The position numbers and the translations under genes are program-made. From a virus (Duplodnaviria; Caudoviricetes), in the IMG/VR virus record IMGVR_UViG_3300021066_000032, positions 1 through 43,878 of that record: DNA of 43,878 bases, one strand, 5' to 3'. The notes under the pieces were generated by a model. That model was not told where the DNA came from. It did not search any database and was given only the letters and a program-made list of their open reading frames with translations. Below are positions 8,182 through 17,917 of this stretch, in pieces. Each line of letters begins with the position of its first letter. The first letter of the stretch is position 1.

Positions 8182-8743
8182 ACAGCTCGACTTCCACCAG
8201 GCGGGAGGCGACCACCGCGAACGCCTGCTGATGGCGGGCAATCAGTTGGGCAAGACGTTCTGCGGCGGGGCTGAGACGGCCTATCACACGACGGGACTAT
8301 ATCCCTCCTGGTGGAACGGCCGCCGCTTTGATCGACCGACGCGCTGGTGGGTTGGGTCCAAGACGGGGGAAGTCACACGCGACGGTGTTCAGCGCATCCT
8401 TGTCGGCGAGCCGAAGGATTCCAACCGCTGGGGCGAGGGGATGATCCCCGGAGATCAGCTCGTTGACTGGTCAAGGCGTCAGGGCGTGGCGGATGCGCTG
8501 GACAGCGTGTTGGTCAAGCACGTTTCGGGCGGGACCTCGACCATCGGCTTCAAGTCCTACGACCAAGGCCGGGAGAAGTGGCAGGGCGAAACCCTGGATG
8601 GGGTGTGGTTCGATGAGGAGCCGCCCCTCGACATCTACATGGAAGGCCTGACCAGGACCAATGCCACGGGCGGGATGGTCTTCCTCACCTTCACCCCCCT
8701 GCTTGGCATGTCCGACGTGGTGAGCATGTTCCTGGAGGCTTGA
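8054..8743 (+). CDS. terL: Terminase large subunit, N-terminal ATPase part
   Basis: Walker A AGNQLGKT, Walker B VWFDEEP, motif C TFTP; start uncertain. Confidence 0.92.
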   Translation: MNSSTLVSAPSPTFLKSELVDLLAERQRRRARNKLKDYRPYTKQLDFHQAGGDHRERLLMAGNQLGKTFCGGAETAYHTTGLYPSWWNGRRFDRPTRWWVGSKTGEVTRDGVQRILVGEPKDSNRWGEGMIPGDQLVDWSRRQGVADALDSVLVKHVSGGTSTIGFKSYDQGREKWQGETLDGVWFDEEPPLDIYMEGLTRTNATGGMVFLTFTPLLGMSDVVSMFLEA

Positions 8744-9474
8744 TGAGCCGCCACGTCACCCAAATGACGATTGACGACGCGGAGCACTACACCCCGCAGC
8801 AGCGCCAGGCGATCATTGACAGCTATCCGGCCTATGAGCGTGAGGCCCGCACCAAGGGCATCCCGATCATGGGCTCTGGGCGCGTCTTCCCGATCCCGGA
8901 AGAAGACGTGTTCTGCGGTCCGATCGCCATTCCCAATCACTGGCCGCAGATCAACGGCCTGGACTTCGGCTGGGATCACCCCTTCGCGGCGACGAACATC
9001 GCGTGGGATCGCGACGCTGACTGCATCTACGTCTGCAAGGAGTTCGCCGCGCGGGAATCGACGCCGGTTGTCCATGCCGCCGCGATCAAGCCCTGGGGGG
9101 TCTGGATACCCTGCGCCTGGCCGCATGACGGTTTGCAGCACGACAAGGGCTCTGGCGAGCAACTGGCCAGCCTCTACCGGGAACAGGGCCTCGACATGCT
9201 CGTGGAGAAGGCCACGTTTGAGGACGGCGGGAACGGGGTTGAGGCGGGCATCTTCGAGATGCTGGACCGGATGCAGACCGGCCGTTGGAAGGTCTTCAAC
9301 ACCTGCACCGGCTGGCTACAGGAATTTAGGCTCTATCACCGTGAGAAGGGCCAGATCGAGAAGATCAAGGACGATCGGATTTCATCGTCCCGCTACGCGC
9401 TGATGATGCTGCGCCACGCGATCACCAAGCCGCGCCAGGACAAGATCGTCATCCCGTCCTTCGGGGCCGTCTAG
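8743..9474 (+). CDS. terL: Terminase large subunit, C-terminal lid plus RNase H-like nuclease part
   Basis: EREARTKGIP, GLDFGWDHP and DDRISSSRYA motifs; TGATG coupling with GGAGG at 8734-8738. Confidence 0.92.
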   Translation: MSRHVTQMTIDDAEHYTPQQRQAIIDSYPAYEREARTKGIPIMGSGRVFPIPEEDVFCGPIAIPNHWPQINGLDFGWDHPFAATNIAWDRDADCIYVCKEFAARESTPVVHAAAIKPWGVWIPCAWPHDGLQHDKGSGEQLASLYREQGLDMLVEKATFEDGGNGVEAGIFEMLDRMQTGRWKVFNTCTGWLQEFRLYHREKGQIEKIKDDRISSSRYALMMLRHAITKPRQDKIVIPSFGAV

Positions 9475-9550
9475 CCACCTTCAACCCGGCCGTCCCGCTG
9501 CTCAGCGGCCACGCATCCTATGAGCACGCAACGCCAAGGAACTAAGAACC

Positions 9551-10180
9551 ATGTCCCATGATCTACTGTATGGCGTCACCGGCCAGAACAACCACGCGAG
9601 CGGCGTCAATCCTCCCGCAGCGATGGACCGCCAAGGCGCGCTGCTCACCAGCGGCCTGCACGGGCGCTACTATGAGCAGGTGCGGCGCGGCAACGTCTTC
9701 TGCGCCCGCGCTATCGTCACCGCCCCGGTCATCTTCTCCACCGCCGCCGGCACGGGTGGCCCGCTGCTCTACAACGGCACCAGCGCCGCGTCCGGGGTCA
9801 ACCTTGTCCTGCTGGGCCTTTCCATCACCTCGACGGTCGTCACCACCGTGGCGGCGGCCCTGGGCATCACCGGAGGCCCGACCACGGCCCCCGGCACCAC
9901 CACCGCCATTGACACCAGCACCAACTGCCTGATCGGCGGCGCGACGCACCAGGCCTCGGCCTATCGCATCGGCACGCCCTCGGCTGCGGGGACGTTCTTC
10001 GCTCCGCTGGCGAGCGTCCACACCGGCGCCCTGACGGTGGACAACACCAACACCGCGTACATCGACCTGGGGGGCCTGTTCATCTGCCCGCCCGGCTCGT
10101 TCGTCTCGGTCGCGGCGAGCACCACGGCGTCCACCCTGGTCGCCCAGATGGCTCTCTTCTGGGAAGAGGTCCCGGTCTAG
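9551..10180 (+). CDS. Hypothetical Thr/Ala-rich virion protein
   Basis: AAGGA RBS; strong GC3 bias; lies between TerL and portal. Confidence 0.7.
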   Translation: MSHDLLYGVTGQNNHASGVNPPAAMDRQGALLTSGLHGRYYEQVRRGNVFCARAIVTAPVIFSTAAGTGGPLLYNGTSAASGVNLVLLGLSITSTVVTTVAAALGITGGPTTAPGTTTAIDTSTNCLIGGATHQASAYRIGTPSAAGTFFAPLASVHTGALTVDNTNTAYIDLGGLFICPPGSFVSVAASTTASTLVAQMALFWEEVPV

Positions 10181-10183
10181 GCC

Positions 10184-12301
10184 ATGAATGACCAAGAGCT
10201 GCTCGCTCTAGTCCGCGCGGAACGCCAGTCGGCCATTGGGCTCGACAACGACGAAACGCTGCGCGCGGATCGCGAGCGGGCGCTCAAGTACTACAAGGGC
10301 GAATCGTCCATCCCCTCGCTCCCCAACCGCTCCAAGGCGGTTGCCACCGTTGTCTCGGATGCGATCGACACCCTGCACCCGGACATCGTGGAAATCCTGA
10401 CTGGTGGGGATGACGTCATGTCGTTCATCCCCATTGGCCCGGAGGATGAGCAGCAGGCCCGGCAAGAGACGGATTTCGTCAACCACGTCGTCTTCAACGA
10501 AAACCCCGGCTGGCAGGTGATGCATGACGGGACCAAGGACGCGCTCCAGGTCAAGCTGGGCGTGTTCAAGGCCTGGGTTGAGGAATGCCCAGAGGAAGTC
10601 GAAGAGTTCGAAGGCAAGAGTGCGCTGGAAATGCAGCTCGCCGCCCAGAACGGCGAGCCGACCGAGGTTCAGCAGTTCGGGGAAGACGCGTTCAACTTCA
10701 AGATCGTCCGCCCGTCCTACCGCAAGGTCAAGATCGCCTGCTGGCCGCCGGAGGACTTCGCTGTTGCGCAGGACACTGGCCGGTCGCTGAATGACGACGC
10801 CTTCACCTATTGCTCGGCAAGGTCGCGTCCCCGGATGCAAACCCTGTTGCTGCAAGGTGTTGAGCGCAGTATCGTTGAGCAACTGTCCCCCTTCACCAGT
10901 GAGGACAACGAAGGCGTAACCCAGGCCAGGGACACGGCCGGCGAGCACGAGATCACCCCTGACAGCCACGGCGACCTGCGCAAGGTCGAGGTCCGCGAGC
11001 ACATCATCAAGGTGATCGAGGACGGCAAGCCCAAGCTGTACTCGGTCCTGACCGGAGAGAACGAGAACGTCTTCATCCGCAAGGAAGAGGTCAAGCGAAA
11101 CCCCTTCTCGACCATCACCCCCTATCCCATGCCGCACCGGCACATCGGGGAATGTCCAGCCGACAGGTTGATTGAAAAGCAGGACATCCAAACCGCGCTT
11201 CTCCGCATGGCCCTGGACAGCGGTTATTTCGCGAACAACCAGCGCTATGAGGTGGACGAGCAGGGCATGACGGCGAACACCATCGCAGACGTGCTGAACA
11301 ACCAGCCGGGCGGGATTGTCAGGGTCAAGCGGCCGGGGACCGTCAACCCCCTCGCGGCCGGCCAACTGAACTTCGATGTGTTCCGCGCCCTGGAGTACAA
11401 CGCCACCCAGATCGAACAGGCCACGGGCATCGTCAGGGCCGCACAGGGCCTTACCCCCGACACCCTGCACGACACCGCCAAGGGCGCCCTTGCTCTACTC
11501 ACGGCAGCCCAGAAGCGCGTCAAGCTCATCGCCCGCAACATCGCAGAGACGGGCATCAAGGAACTGTTCCTGACCGTCCACGCGCTGCTTCGGGAGAACG
11601 CCGACCGCACCACGAAAGTCAGGCTCAAGGGTGAATGGGTCGACGTTGATCCCACGTCCTGGGGCGCCCGGTCAGACATGAAGATCGAGATCGGCCTAGG
11701 TGCTTCGGGGCGCGAGGCCGACCTGATGGCTTTGGAACAAGAATCCCTGGCGATGGAGAAGATCGTCACCTTGCAGGGTGGTCCGCAAGGCCCCGTCGTC
11801 ACCTGGGACAACATCTACAACCTCGGCAAGCGGACGTTCGAGAAGCTGGGCAACAAGGCCCCGGAGAACTTCCTGTCCGACCCGAAGAAGGCCGAACCGC
11901 AGCCCCCGAAGCCCGACCCCGATATGGCGAAGGTGGAGAAGGACGCGGAGCTGAAGCAGATGGAGCTTCAGGGCAAGGGCCAACTCCAGGCGATGGAACT
12001 GCAAGGCAAGGGGATGCTGGAAGAGGCCAGGCTTCGCCAGCAGGAAGAAGCCGCCATCCGAGAGCACGAGCTGAAGATCCAGCAGATGCAGGCCGAAATC
12101 CAGTTGAAGCGGGACATCGCCGCTGAGGAATTGGCGCTGAAACGGGAATTGCTGGCCGCCGAACTCCAGATGAAGCGCGAGTTGAACGAACAGCAGGCCC
12201 AGATCGCCCGCGAGAACAACCAGGAACGCAACTTCATCCAGCGCGAGAACAACAGCGCCAAGATCGATGCGCAGGTGAACGTCGGCGGTGATCCCGGATG
12301 A
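10184..12301 (+). CDS. Portal protein (P22-like, with long C-terminal helical barrel)
   Basis: 705 aa; RERALKYYKG, PEDEQQARQETDFVNHV; Q/E/L-rich coiled-coil tail. Confidence 0.9.
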   Translation: MNDQELLALVRAERQSAIGLDNDETLRADRERALKYYKGESSIPSLPNRSKAVATVVSDAIDTLHPDIVEILTGGDDVMSFIPIGPEDEQQARQETDFVNHVVFNENPGWQVMHDGTKDALQVKLGVFKAWVEECPEEVEEFEGKSALEMQLAAQNGEPTEVQQFGEDAFNFKIVRPSYRKVKIACWPPEDFAVAQDTGRSLNDDAFTYCSARSRPRMQTLLLQGVERSIVEQLSPFTSEDNEGVTQARDTAGEHEITPDSHGDLRKVEVREHIIKVIEDGKPKLYSVLTGENENVFIRKEEVKRNPFSTITPYPMPHRHIGECPADRLIEKQDIQTALLRMALDSGYFANNQRYEVDEQGMTANTIADVLNNQPGGIVRVKRPGTVNPLAAGQLNFDVFRALEYNATQIEQATGIVRAAQGLTPDTLHDTAKGALALLTAAQKRVKLIARNIAETGIKELFLTVHALLRENADRTTKVRLKGEWVDVDPTSWGARSDMKIEIGLGASGREADLMALEQESLAMEKIVTLQGGPQGPVVTWDNIYNLGKRTFEKLGNKAPENFLSDPKKAEPQPPKPDPDMAKVEKDAELKQMELQGKGQLQAMELQGKGMLEEARLRQQEEAAIREHELKIQQMQAEIQLKRDIAAEELALKRELLAAELQMKRELNEQQAQIARENNQERNFIQRENNSAKIDAQVNVGGDPG

Positions 12302-12552
12302 GCGACCAGTACCAAGACGCGCTCCGGGCCAAATCGGAACTGACCCAGACCCAAGCCGCGTTCCACCGCCTTGCTCAGGATTTGCTGAAGCAGATCGGCG
12401 AGACCGCGCCCGCAGAGACGGAAAAGCGCGAGAGCCTTTACCACCAGTTCGCCGCCCTGAAACAGGTGGAGCAATCGTTGCTCACCCAGGCGGCGCACGC
12501 CGACATCGAAGAACGACGCAATTCGCTGGCCGAGGCCGGTTTTAGCCGCTGA
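12298..12552 (+). CDS. Small head-morphogenesis protein
   Basis: Helical protein between portal and scaffold; ATGA overlap. Confidence 0.75.
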   Translation: MSDQYQDALRAKSELTQTQAAFHRLAQDLLKQIGETAPAETEKRESLYHQFAALKQVEQSLLTQAAHADIEERRNSLAEAGFSR

Positions 12553-12575
12553 GGCGGCGCAACCCCTAGAGACCC

Positions 12576-13565
12576 ATGACAGACACTGCCCTCACGGTCG
12601 ATCAGGCCGTTGCGGAACTCGTTGCCGGGCCGGAAGTGGCCGCAGAGGCCCCCGCAGAGGAAAAGGAACAGACGGCGACGGAAGAGGCTGTGGCCGAACC
12701 CGAGCCTGAAACGGCCGAAGAGGAGGCTTCCGAGGAAGTCGAACCCGAGGCTGAGGAAGAGCCCGAAGCAGAAGAGCCCGACGCCGCGGCGATCGATGCT
12801 CCCAAGCGCTGGGACAAGGAGGACAAGGAGTGGTTCGCCACCCTTAGCCCCGAAGTGCAGGCCCGCGTCCTCAAGCAGGAGGAAAAGCGCGAGGCCGTGC
12901 TGGGAAAGGAAAGGGAAAAGGCTGCGGCCGAAGCCCGCTCCGAGGTCGATTCTGAGCGGCAACAGCTCGCCAAGATCGCCACCGGCATCAAGGAATACCT
13001 GCCCAGGGTCGTCGCCGCCCACAACATGCGGTGGGGGGAGAACGGCTTCGACCTGGCGGCCAATGTGAACGCCTACGGGGCTGACGAGGCCCTAAAGCTT
13101 CAAGCCGAATACCAACAGGAACAGGCTCATATAGAGCAGCTTGTCCAAGCGCAGCAACACGCCGAGCGCGAGGGCCGCGTCGCCTACCAGAAACAGCAAT
13201 TCGCTCGCCTGTGCGAGCTACGCCCCGAGTTCGCGGACAGCAAGTCAGCGAAGCCCATCCGGGAGGCCCTTGCGAGGGACCTGATGGACCTTGGGGCGAC
13301 GGCCGAAGACCTGGAGCTTGTCCCTGCGTGGGGCATCGATCTGGCGATGGACGGCCTCGCCTACCGCAAAGCCAAGGCTGAGGCCAAGGCGAAAGCGAAG
13401 GCTCCGATCAAACCCGTGGCCCCGGCTCTGAAGCCGACTTCGCCACCTTCCCAATCAACCACCAGCGACGTGACCCGCATCAAACAACGCCTGGCCAAGA
13501 CCGGCAGCATTGATGACGCGGTGGAGCTTTTGCTGGCCGAAGAAGCGGCCCGAAGGAGGGCCTAA
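12576..13565 (+). CDS. Capsid scaffolding protein
   Basis: Acidic N-terminus, coiled coil, C-terminal RLAKTGSIDDAV; directly upstream of the capsid gene. Confidence 0.85.
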   Translation: MTDTALTVDQAVAELVAGPEVAAEAPAEEKEQTATEEAVAEPEPETAEEEASEEVEPEAEEEPEAEEPDAAAIDAPKRWDKEDKEWFATLSPEVQARVLKQEEKREAVLGKEREKAAAEARSEVDSERQQLAKIATGIKEYLPRVVAAHNMRWGENGFDLAANVNAYGADEALKLQAEYQQEQAHIEQLVQAQQHAEREGRVAYQKQQFARLCELRPEFADSKSAKPIREALARDLMDLGATAEDLELVPAWGIDLAMDGLAYRKAKAEAKAKAKAPIKPVAPALKPTSPPSQSTTSDVTRIKQRLAKTGSIDDAVELLLAEEAARRRA

Positions 13566-13571
13566 CCCTCA

Positions 13572-14528
13572 ATGACTGTTCCCACCAACACCATCACGGG
13601 GGAAACCCCGAACGTCGGCGCGCGCGAAGACCTGGAAGACAAAATCTATCGCGTCGCCCACGAAGAAACCCCGTTCACCTCCAACATCGGCAAGGTGACG
13701 GCCAAGGCCATCGTCCACGAATGGCAGACCGAAACCCTCGCCGCCGCCGTGACCACCAACGCCCAACTCGAAGGCGATGACGTGGGAACGCTGGACGCCG
13801 GGAACCTCACCACCCGCGTCAAGAACATCTGTCAGATCGGCTGGAAGACCGGGGGCGTTTCCGAAACCCAGGAGGCCGTGGATCTGGCGGGCCGGGCCTC
13901 GGAGCTCGCGCGTCAGAAAATCCTGAAAGGGATCGAGCTGCGCCGCGACTTCGAGTACCGCTTCACCGCCAACGTGGCTTCGGTGGAAGAAAACGGCGCC
14001 ACCACCCGCAAGGCGGCCGGCGCTGTTGCCTTCATCACCACGAACGACTCCCGTGGTTCGGGCGGTTCGGACGGCGGCTGGGGCGGCTCTGTGGTGGCTG
14101 CGGCCACCAACGGGACGCAACGCACCTTCACCGAACAACTGGTGAAAGACGTGATGGCTACGGCGTTCAGCAACGGCGCCCGGCCTTCGCAAGCCTACAT
14201 GAGCGGCCCGCACAAGCAGCAGTGGTCCGCCTTCAGCGGCATCGCGGACATCCGAGCCGGGGTTTCAGGCAAGGAACAAGCGACCATCTACGGAGCGGCC
14301 GACGTGTACGTGTCGGACTTCGGGGCCATCACCCTGGTTCCGACCCCGTACCTCAGCCGTGATGTGCTGATCGCTGATCCGAAGATGTTCGCCGTGGCCA
14401 CCCTGCGCCCGGTGACCAGCACGATGCTGGCCAAGACCGGCGACAACGAGCGGTTCCTGATCCGCGCGGAAAAGACGCTCGTCTGCCGCAACGAGAAGGC
14501 TCACGCCGTCATCGCTGACCTCACCTAA
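13572..14528 (+). CDS. Major capsid protein (DUF5309/SU10-like)
   Basis: GAREDLED..ETPF..HEWQTE..N.CQI; YVSDFG motifs. Confidence 0.9.
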   Translation: MTVPTNTITGETPNVGAREDLEDKIYRVAHEETPFTSNIGKVTAKAIVHEWQTETLAAAVTTNAQLEGDDVGTLDAGNLTTRVKNICQIGWKTGGVSETQEAVDLAGRASELARQKILKGIELRRDFEYRFTANVASVEENGATTRKAAGAVAFITTNDSRGSGGSDGGWGGSVVAAATNGTQRTFTEQLVKDVMATAFSNGARPSQAYMSGPHKQQWSAFSGIADIRAGVSGKEQATIYGAADVYVSDFGAITLVPTPYLSRDVLIADPKMFAVATLRPVTSTMLAKTGDNERFLIRAEKTLVCRNEKAHAVIADLT

Positions 14529-14556
14529 GCGAACGCTTCCCGCGCTTAGTCACCTG

Positions 14557-14593
14557 GAAGGGCGGGCCATCCTGAGGGCTCTGCCCGCCCTTC
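14557..14593 (+). terminator. GC-rich hairpin after the capsid gene
   Basis: GAAGGGCGGGC...GCCCGCCCTTC; weak U-tract, so it may be a stability hairpin. Confidence 0.5.
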
Positions 14594-14613
14594 GTCATCC
14601 TTGCGAGGAACTT

Positions 14614-14997
14614 ATGATCGACCAGACCGAAACCAAGCCCGTAAAGCCCGGCATGAAGGGCGGCAAGTCCAATGCCGAGATCAACGCCGAGCTGCGCGTC
14701 AAGGCCGCCAAACAGGCCGCCAAGAAAAGAGCCTCGGAGGCCAAAACCCCCGCCCAAGCCGCCGCAGAGCTAGCCCGTGGTGAGTCCTTGGCCCCATCAG
14801 TCCAGCCGGGCGAAGTCCTGGTCCGCGTCACCCGCAGGGGTGATGGCCGGATCAGCACCGGGGTGCACATCGCCGGGATTGGCGAGGCGCATTACGAAAA
14901 GGACGAGGAATTCATCACCACCGAAGAGATCGCCAAGGACCTTTCCGTTGGTCCCGACGATCGCGAACCCCGCGATTGGGTGGAAATCATCGGATGA
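14614..14997 (+). CDS. Hypothetical protein
   Basis: GAGG RBS; lies in the late operon. Confidence 0.75.
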   Translation: MIDQTETKPVKPGMKGGKSNAEINAELRVKAAKQAAKKRASEAKTPAQAAAELARGESLAPSVQPGEVLVRVTRRGDGRISTGVHIAGIGEAHYEKDEEFITTEEIAKDLSVGPDDREPRDWVEIIG

Positions 14998-15341
14998 AGG
15001 ATTTCGCCTACCTGATGACATCGGCGGCCGGCATCTCGCACTACATGCGCGAGAACGCCGACGGCACGACAACGTTCGCCGCGTCTCAGGACACGTCCGC
15101 CATTCTGGACAAGAACCACGCCATGCGCATGGAGAACGACGGCTATACGCCTGACAAGTTCATGCGCCGCGTAGGCTCAATCCCGCTGATCACGCTCTAT
15201 CAGTGGGCGCGCGAGGAAGGCTGGGAAGACCCGCTCAACCCCCCGCAGGACGCATTGGCCAAGAAGCTGAACGACAGCGATTTCGCCAAGCTCCGCACGG
15301 CCCCCGGCCGCGTCGGCATTTCCAACGGCGTCATGCGATGA
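14994..15341 (+). CDS. Hypothetical conserved phage protein
   Basis: ATGA overlap; RRVGSIP..LND.DFAKLRT. Confidence 0.75.
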   Translation: MKDFAYLMTSAAGISHYMRENADGTTTFAASQDTSAILDKNHAMRMENDGYTPDKFMRRVGSIPLITLYQWAREEGWEDPLNPPQDALAKKLNDSDFAKLRTAPGRVGISNGVMR

Positions 15342-15964
15342 CCGCCGTAACGACCTTCGCCACCCTCCAAACCCGGCTCGGCGAAGACTGCAACAGGACC
15401 GATGCGGCGTTCACTGCGGCGCTTCCCGGCTTCATCCAGTCGGCCGAAGCGGAGGCAAACCGCCGCCTTCGGGTTCGGCAGATGATCACCAATGCGGCGG
15501 CCACCATCAACGGCGAATACGAGCTTGTCCCGACCGGCTTTCTGGGCCTGCGCAGCCTGGAGATAGACAGCACGTCGAACTACGCGCTGACCTACCTGAC
15601 GCCCGACGCCCTGACCTCGCTGAAAGGCAACTACACCACTGCCGGTAAGCCCATCTACTTTACCATCGTCGGCCGTCAGTTCCAATTCCTGCCCGCCCCT
15701 GACGCGGGCTATTCGGGCCTGATGTCCTATTGGGAGAAAATCCCCGCGTTAAGCGTCTCCAACACGACGAATTGGCTGCTGGACGACCACCCCGACGTCT
15801 ACGTGGCCGGCGCCAAAGCCTACGCCTACGACTGGCTGCAGGACGACGCCAGGTCCGACAAATGGACCAACCTCTTCAGCGCGCTTCTGGACAGCATCCA
15901 GAGCGACGACGCCGCCCAATCCTACGGCGCGACCCTCCAGGCCCGGCCGTCCCTGGTCATCTGA
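15338..15964 (+). CDS. Head-tail adaptor protein
   Basis: FIQSAEAEANRRLR..M, P.PD..Y, NTTNWLL..HPDVY typical of podovirus adaptors. Confidence 0.82.
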   Translation: MTAVTTFATLQTRLGEDCNRTDAAFTAALPGFIQSAEAEANRRLRVRQMITNAAATINGEYELVPTGFLGLRSLEIDSTSNYALTYLTPDALTSLKGNYTTAGKPIYFTIVGRQFQFLPAPDAGYSGLMSYWEKIPALSVSNTTNWLLDDHPDVYVAGAKAYAYDWLQDDARSDKWTNLFSALLDSIQSDDAAQSYGATLQARPSLVI

Positions 15965-15982
15965 CCACATAAGGAAATCCCC

Positions 15983-16261
15983 ATGACCGTGAAGGAATAC
16001 AGCGGCACGCTGAGCAATAGCGCGTTCGCGTTGCCTGAGAATGTCGCCCGGCGCGAAATCATCTTCTCCAACCTCTCCGACACGGTGATGAGCGTGCGGT
16101 TCGGGGGCGGGACAGCCACGGCGGCCATCGGTGTCGTCCTACCGGCAGGGTCGGCCCTTCGCTTCGAGGGCAAGGATGCGGACGGCAGGCCCCTGTACTG
16201 GCAGGCGGTAAGCCTGTTCTGCGCTGGCGCCACCAAAGCCTACACGATCTACGAGGCTTAA
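15983..16261 (+). CDS. Small virion protein (possible spike base)
   Basis: 92-aa beta-rich protein; AAGGA RBS. Confidence 0.6.
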   Translation: MTVKEYSGTLSNSAFALPENVARREIIFSNLSDTVMSVRFGGGTATAAIGVVLPAGSALRFEGKDADGRPLYWQAVSLFCAGATKAYTIYEA

Positions 16262-16264
16262 GCC

Positions 16265-17782
16265 TTGAAGCGCAGGCTGGATACAGACAGCAGGTTTTCC
16301 CTGACGCGCCCGGGCGCGGCTGCTGCGGCGGTGGCCACCTTCCTTCCGACCGTCACCTCAGCACCGACCATGGTGTTGAGCCCCTACCGGCTCGTGTCGA
16401 GCTATTCGTCCTCCAGCCCGACGTGCCAGATCCGGGGCGCGACGGGGCCTGTGCTCCAGGACGTGACGGTGGGCGCCGATGGCCAGACACCCGACTGGAC
16501 AGCGGCCAATGCTCTGGCGGGGGCGAAGACCTTCGCCAAGGTCTACGACCAGTCAGGCAACGCGCTGGACGCGGTGCAGGCCACAGTCGCCGCCCAACCC
16601 GTCTATCTGACCACCAACGACATCAACGGCTATCGGCCCATCCCGTTCGGGATCACTTCGGCCGGCTCGACATCCTCGAACAAGCATCTGGACCTCTCGG
16701 GGAGCCTGAGCGTCGGCACCCACAACTACACCCTGTTCATCGTCCTGGCCGCCGGGGGCGGCAACGGCACTTGGGGCATCGGCGGGTTCGGCTCGGAAGC
16801 GGGGGCCGGGATGAGCCCGGCTCAGGCCCACAGCTACTACCTCGGCGCCAGCAACAACGCCCGCATCGTCCTCTACCACGACAGCAGCTTCCCCGACGCC
16901 AACCGTCAAATCATGACGGGGATGTTCTCCATAATCGCCGTCACCTCCAACGCGTCGAACCTGCTTTGGGACATCGACGGATCGACCAACACTGACACGG
17001 CGGTTACGTCCAGGACCCTTACCGGCGGAATGTGGGGCAGGGGGCCTTGGTCATCCACCAATGTCGGGCCGATGCACGGCATCGCCTTCATTCTCTACCC
17101 GGCGCTTTCCAGCACCGATCGAGACACGGTGCGGGACAGCCTGCGGACCATTTTCGAGACGCCCTCCACATCTCTCCCCGCCCTTATCGGTGTCGGAGAC
17201 TCCAACATCCAGGGCCTGAACGTCGGCGTGTTCATGCGCAACTTCATGCATCTGACCCCGCCACTGCTAAACAATCCGGTGCGGGCCTACAACCTCGGCA
17301 AGGACAACACCGGGATCGCCGACGTGTGGTCCAACCGGGCGGTTGCGAACACCCTTTCCAACGCTACCGACCCCCAAGGCGGGGTCATCATCTACACCAC
17401 CATCAACGACATCCGGAACAAGGCCGCGCCGGTCGCGGGCTATGAGGACGTGCTGTGGGATAACTCCGGAACCCCCTCCACCAACAGCATCATCGCGCTC
17501 GTCAACTACTACCGCGATCCGACCAGGGACCGTCAGGTCTACGTCTGCTCACTTCCCCCCGCTTCAGACGCCATCATGGGCGCCGACGCGGCAGAAAAGC
17601 AGACGGTTCGGACCAATCTCAACACCAAGATTCTCGATCCGACGAATGAGGCGACCTACGGCTACCGGGCCATCGATATCAGCGCTGCAGACACCTCCGC
17701 GGATAACCTGCACCTGAGCCTGGCGGGCAACGCCACGGCCGCTACCACGGCTGCGGCCGACATCAATGCGGTGAACCCGTAG
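16265..17782 (+). CDS. Fibre/spike with lectin-like N-terminal region and SGNH esterase domain
   Basis: VGDSN, TIND and DNLH catalytic blocks; YDQSGN lectin-like motif. Confidence 0.75.
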   Translation: MKRRLDTDSRFSLTRPGAAAAAVATFLPTVTSAPTMVLSPYRLVSSYSSSSPTCQIRGATGPVLQDVTVGADGQTPDWTAANALAGAKTFAKVYDQSGNALDAVQATVAAQPVYLTTNDINGYRPIPFGITSAGSTSSNKHLDLSGSLSVGTHNYTLFIVLAAGGGNGTWGIGGFGSEAGAGMSPAQAHSYYLGASNNARIVLYHDSSFPDANRQIMTGMFSIIAVTSNASNLLWDIDGSTNTDTAVTSRTLTGGMWGRGPWSSTNVGPMHGIAFILYPALSSTDRDTVRDSLRTIFETPSTSLPALIGVGDSNIQGLNVGVFMRNFMHLTPPLLNNPVRAYNLGKDNTGIADVWSNRAVANTLSNATDPQGGVIIYTTINDIRNKAAPVAGYEDVLWDNSGTPSTNSIIALVNYYRDPTRDRQVYVCSLPPASDAIMGADAAEKQTVRTNLNTKILDPTNEATYGYRAIDISAADTSADNLHLSLAGNATAATTAAADINAVNP

Positions 17783-17914
17783 ATGCTCGGCTCCGCCCCC
17801 ATAGGCGACATCCCGATAAGCGCCGCCCCTGAACAAGGCTGGGCGCAGCTTCCCCCGCTCCCCACCACCTGGACGGAAGTCCCGGAAGGCTCCAACCCCT
17901 GGACGGAGGTCTAG
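17783..17914 (+). CDS. 43-aa Pro/Trp-rich protein (not in the ORF track)
   Basis: ATG directly after the upstream stop; MLGSAPIGDIP..WTEVPEGSNPWTEV. Confidence 0.6.
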   Translation: MLGSAPIGDIPISAAPEQGWAQLPPLPTTWTEVPEGSNPWTEV

Positions 17915-17917
17915 TTA

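Noticed and set aside
10208-11470. Long antisense ORFs (for example 420 aa opposite the portal, 314 aa opposite the tail fibre)
   Set aside because: Shadow frames expected from high-GC codon bias; no motifs or RBS.
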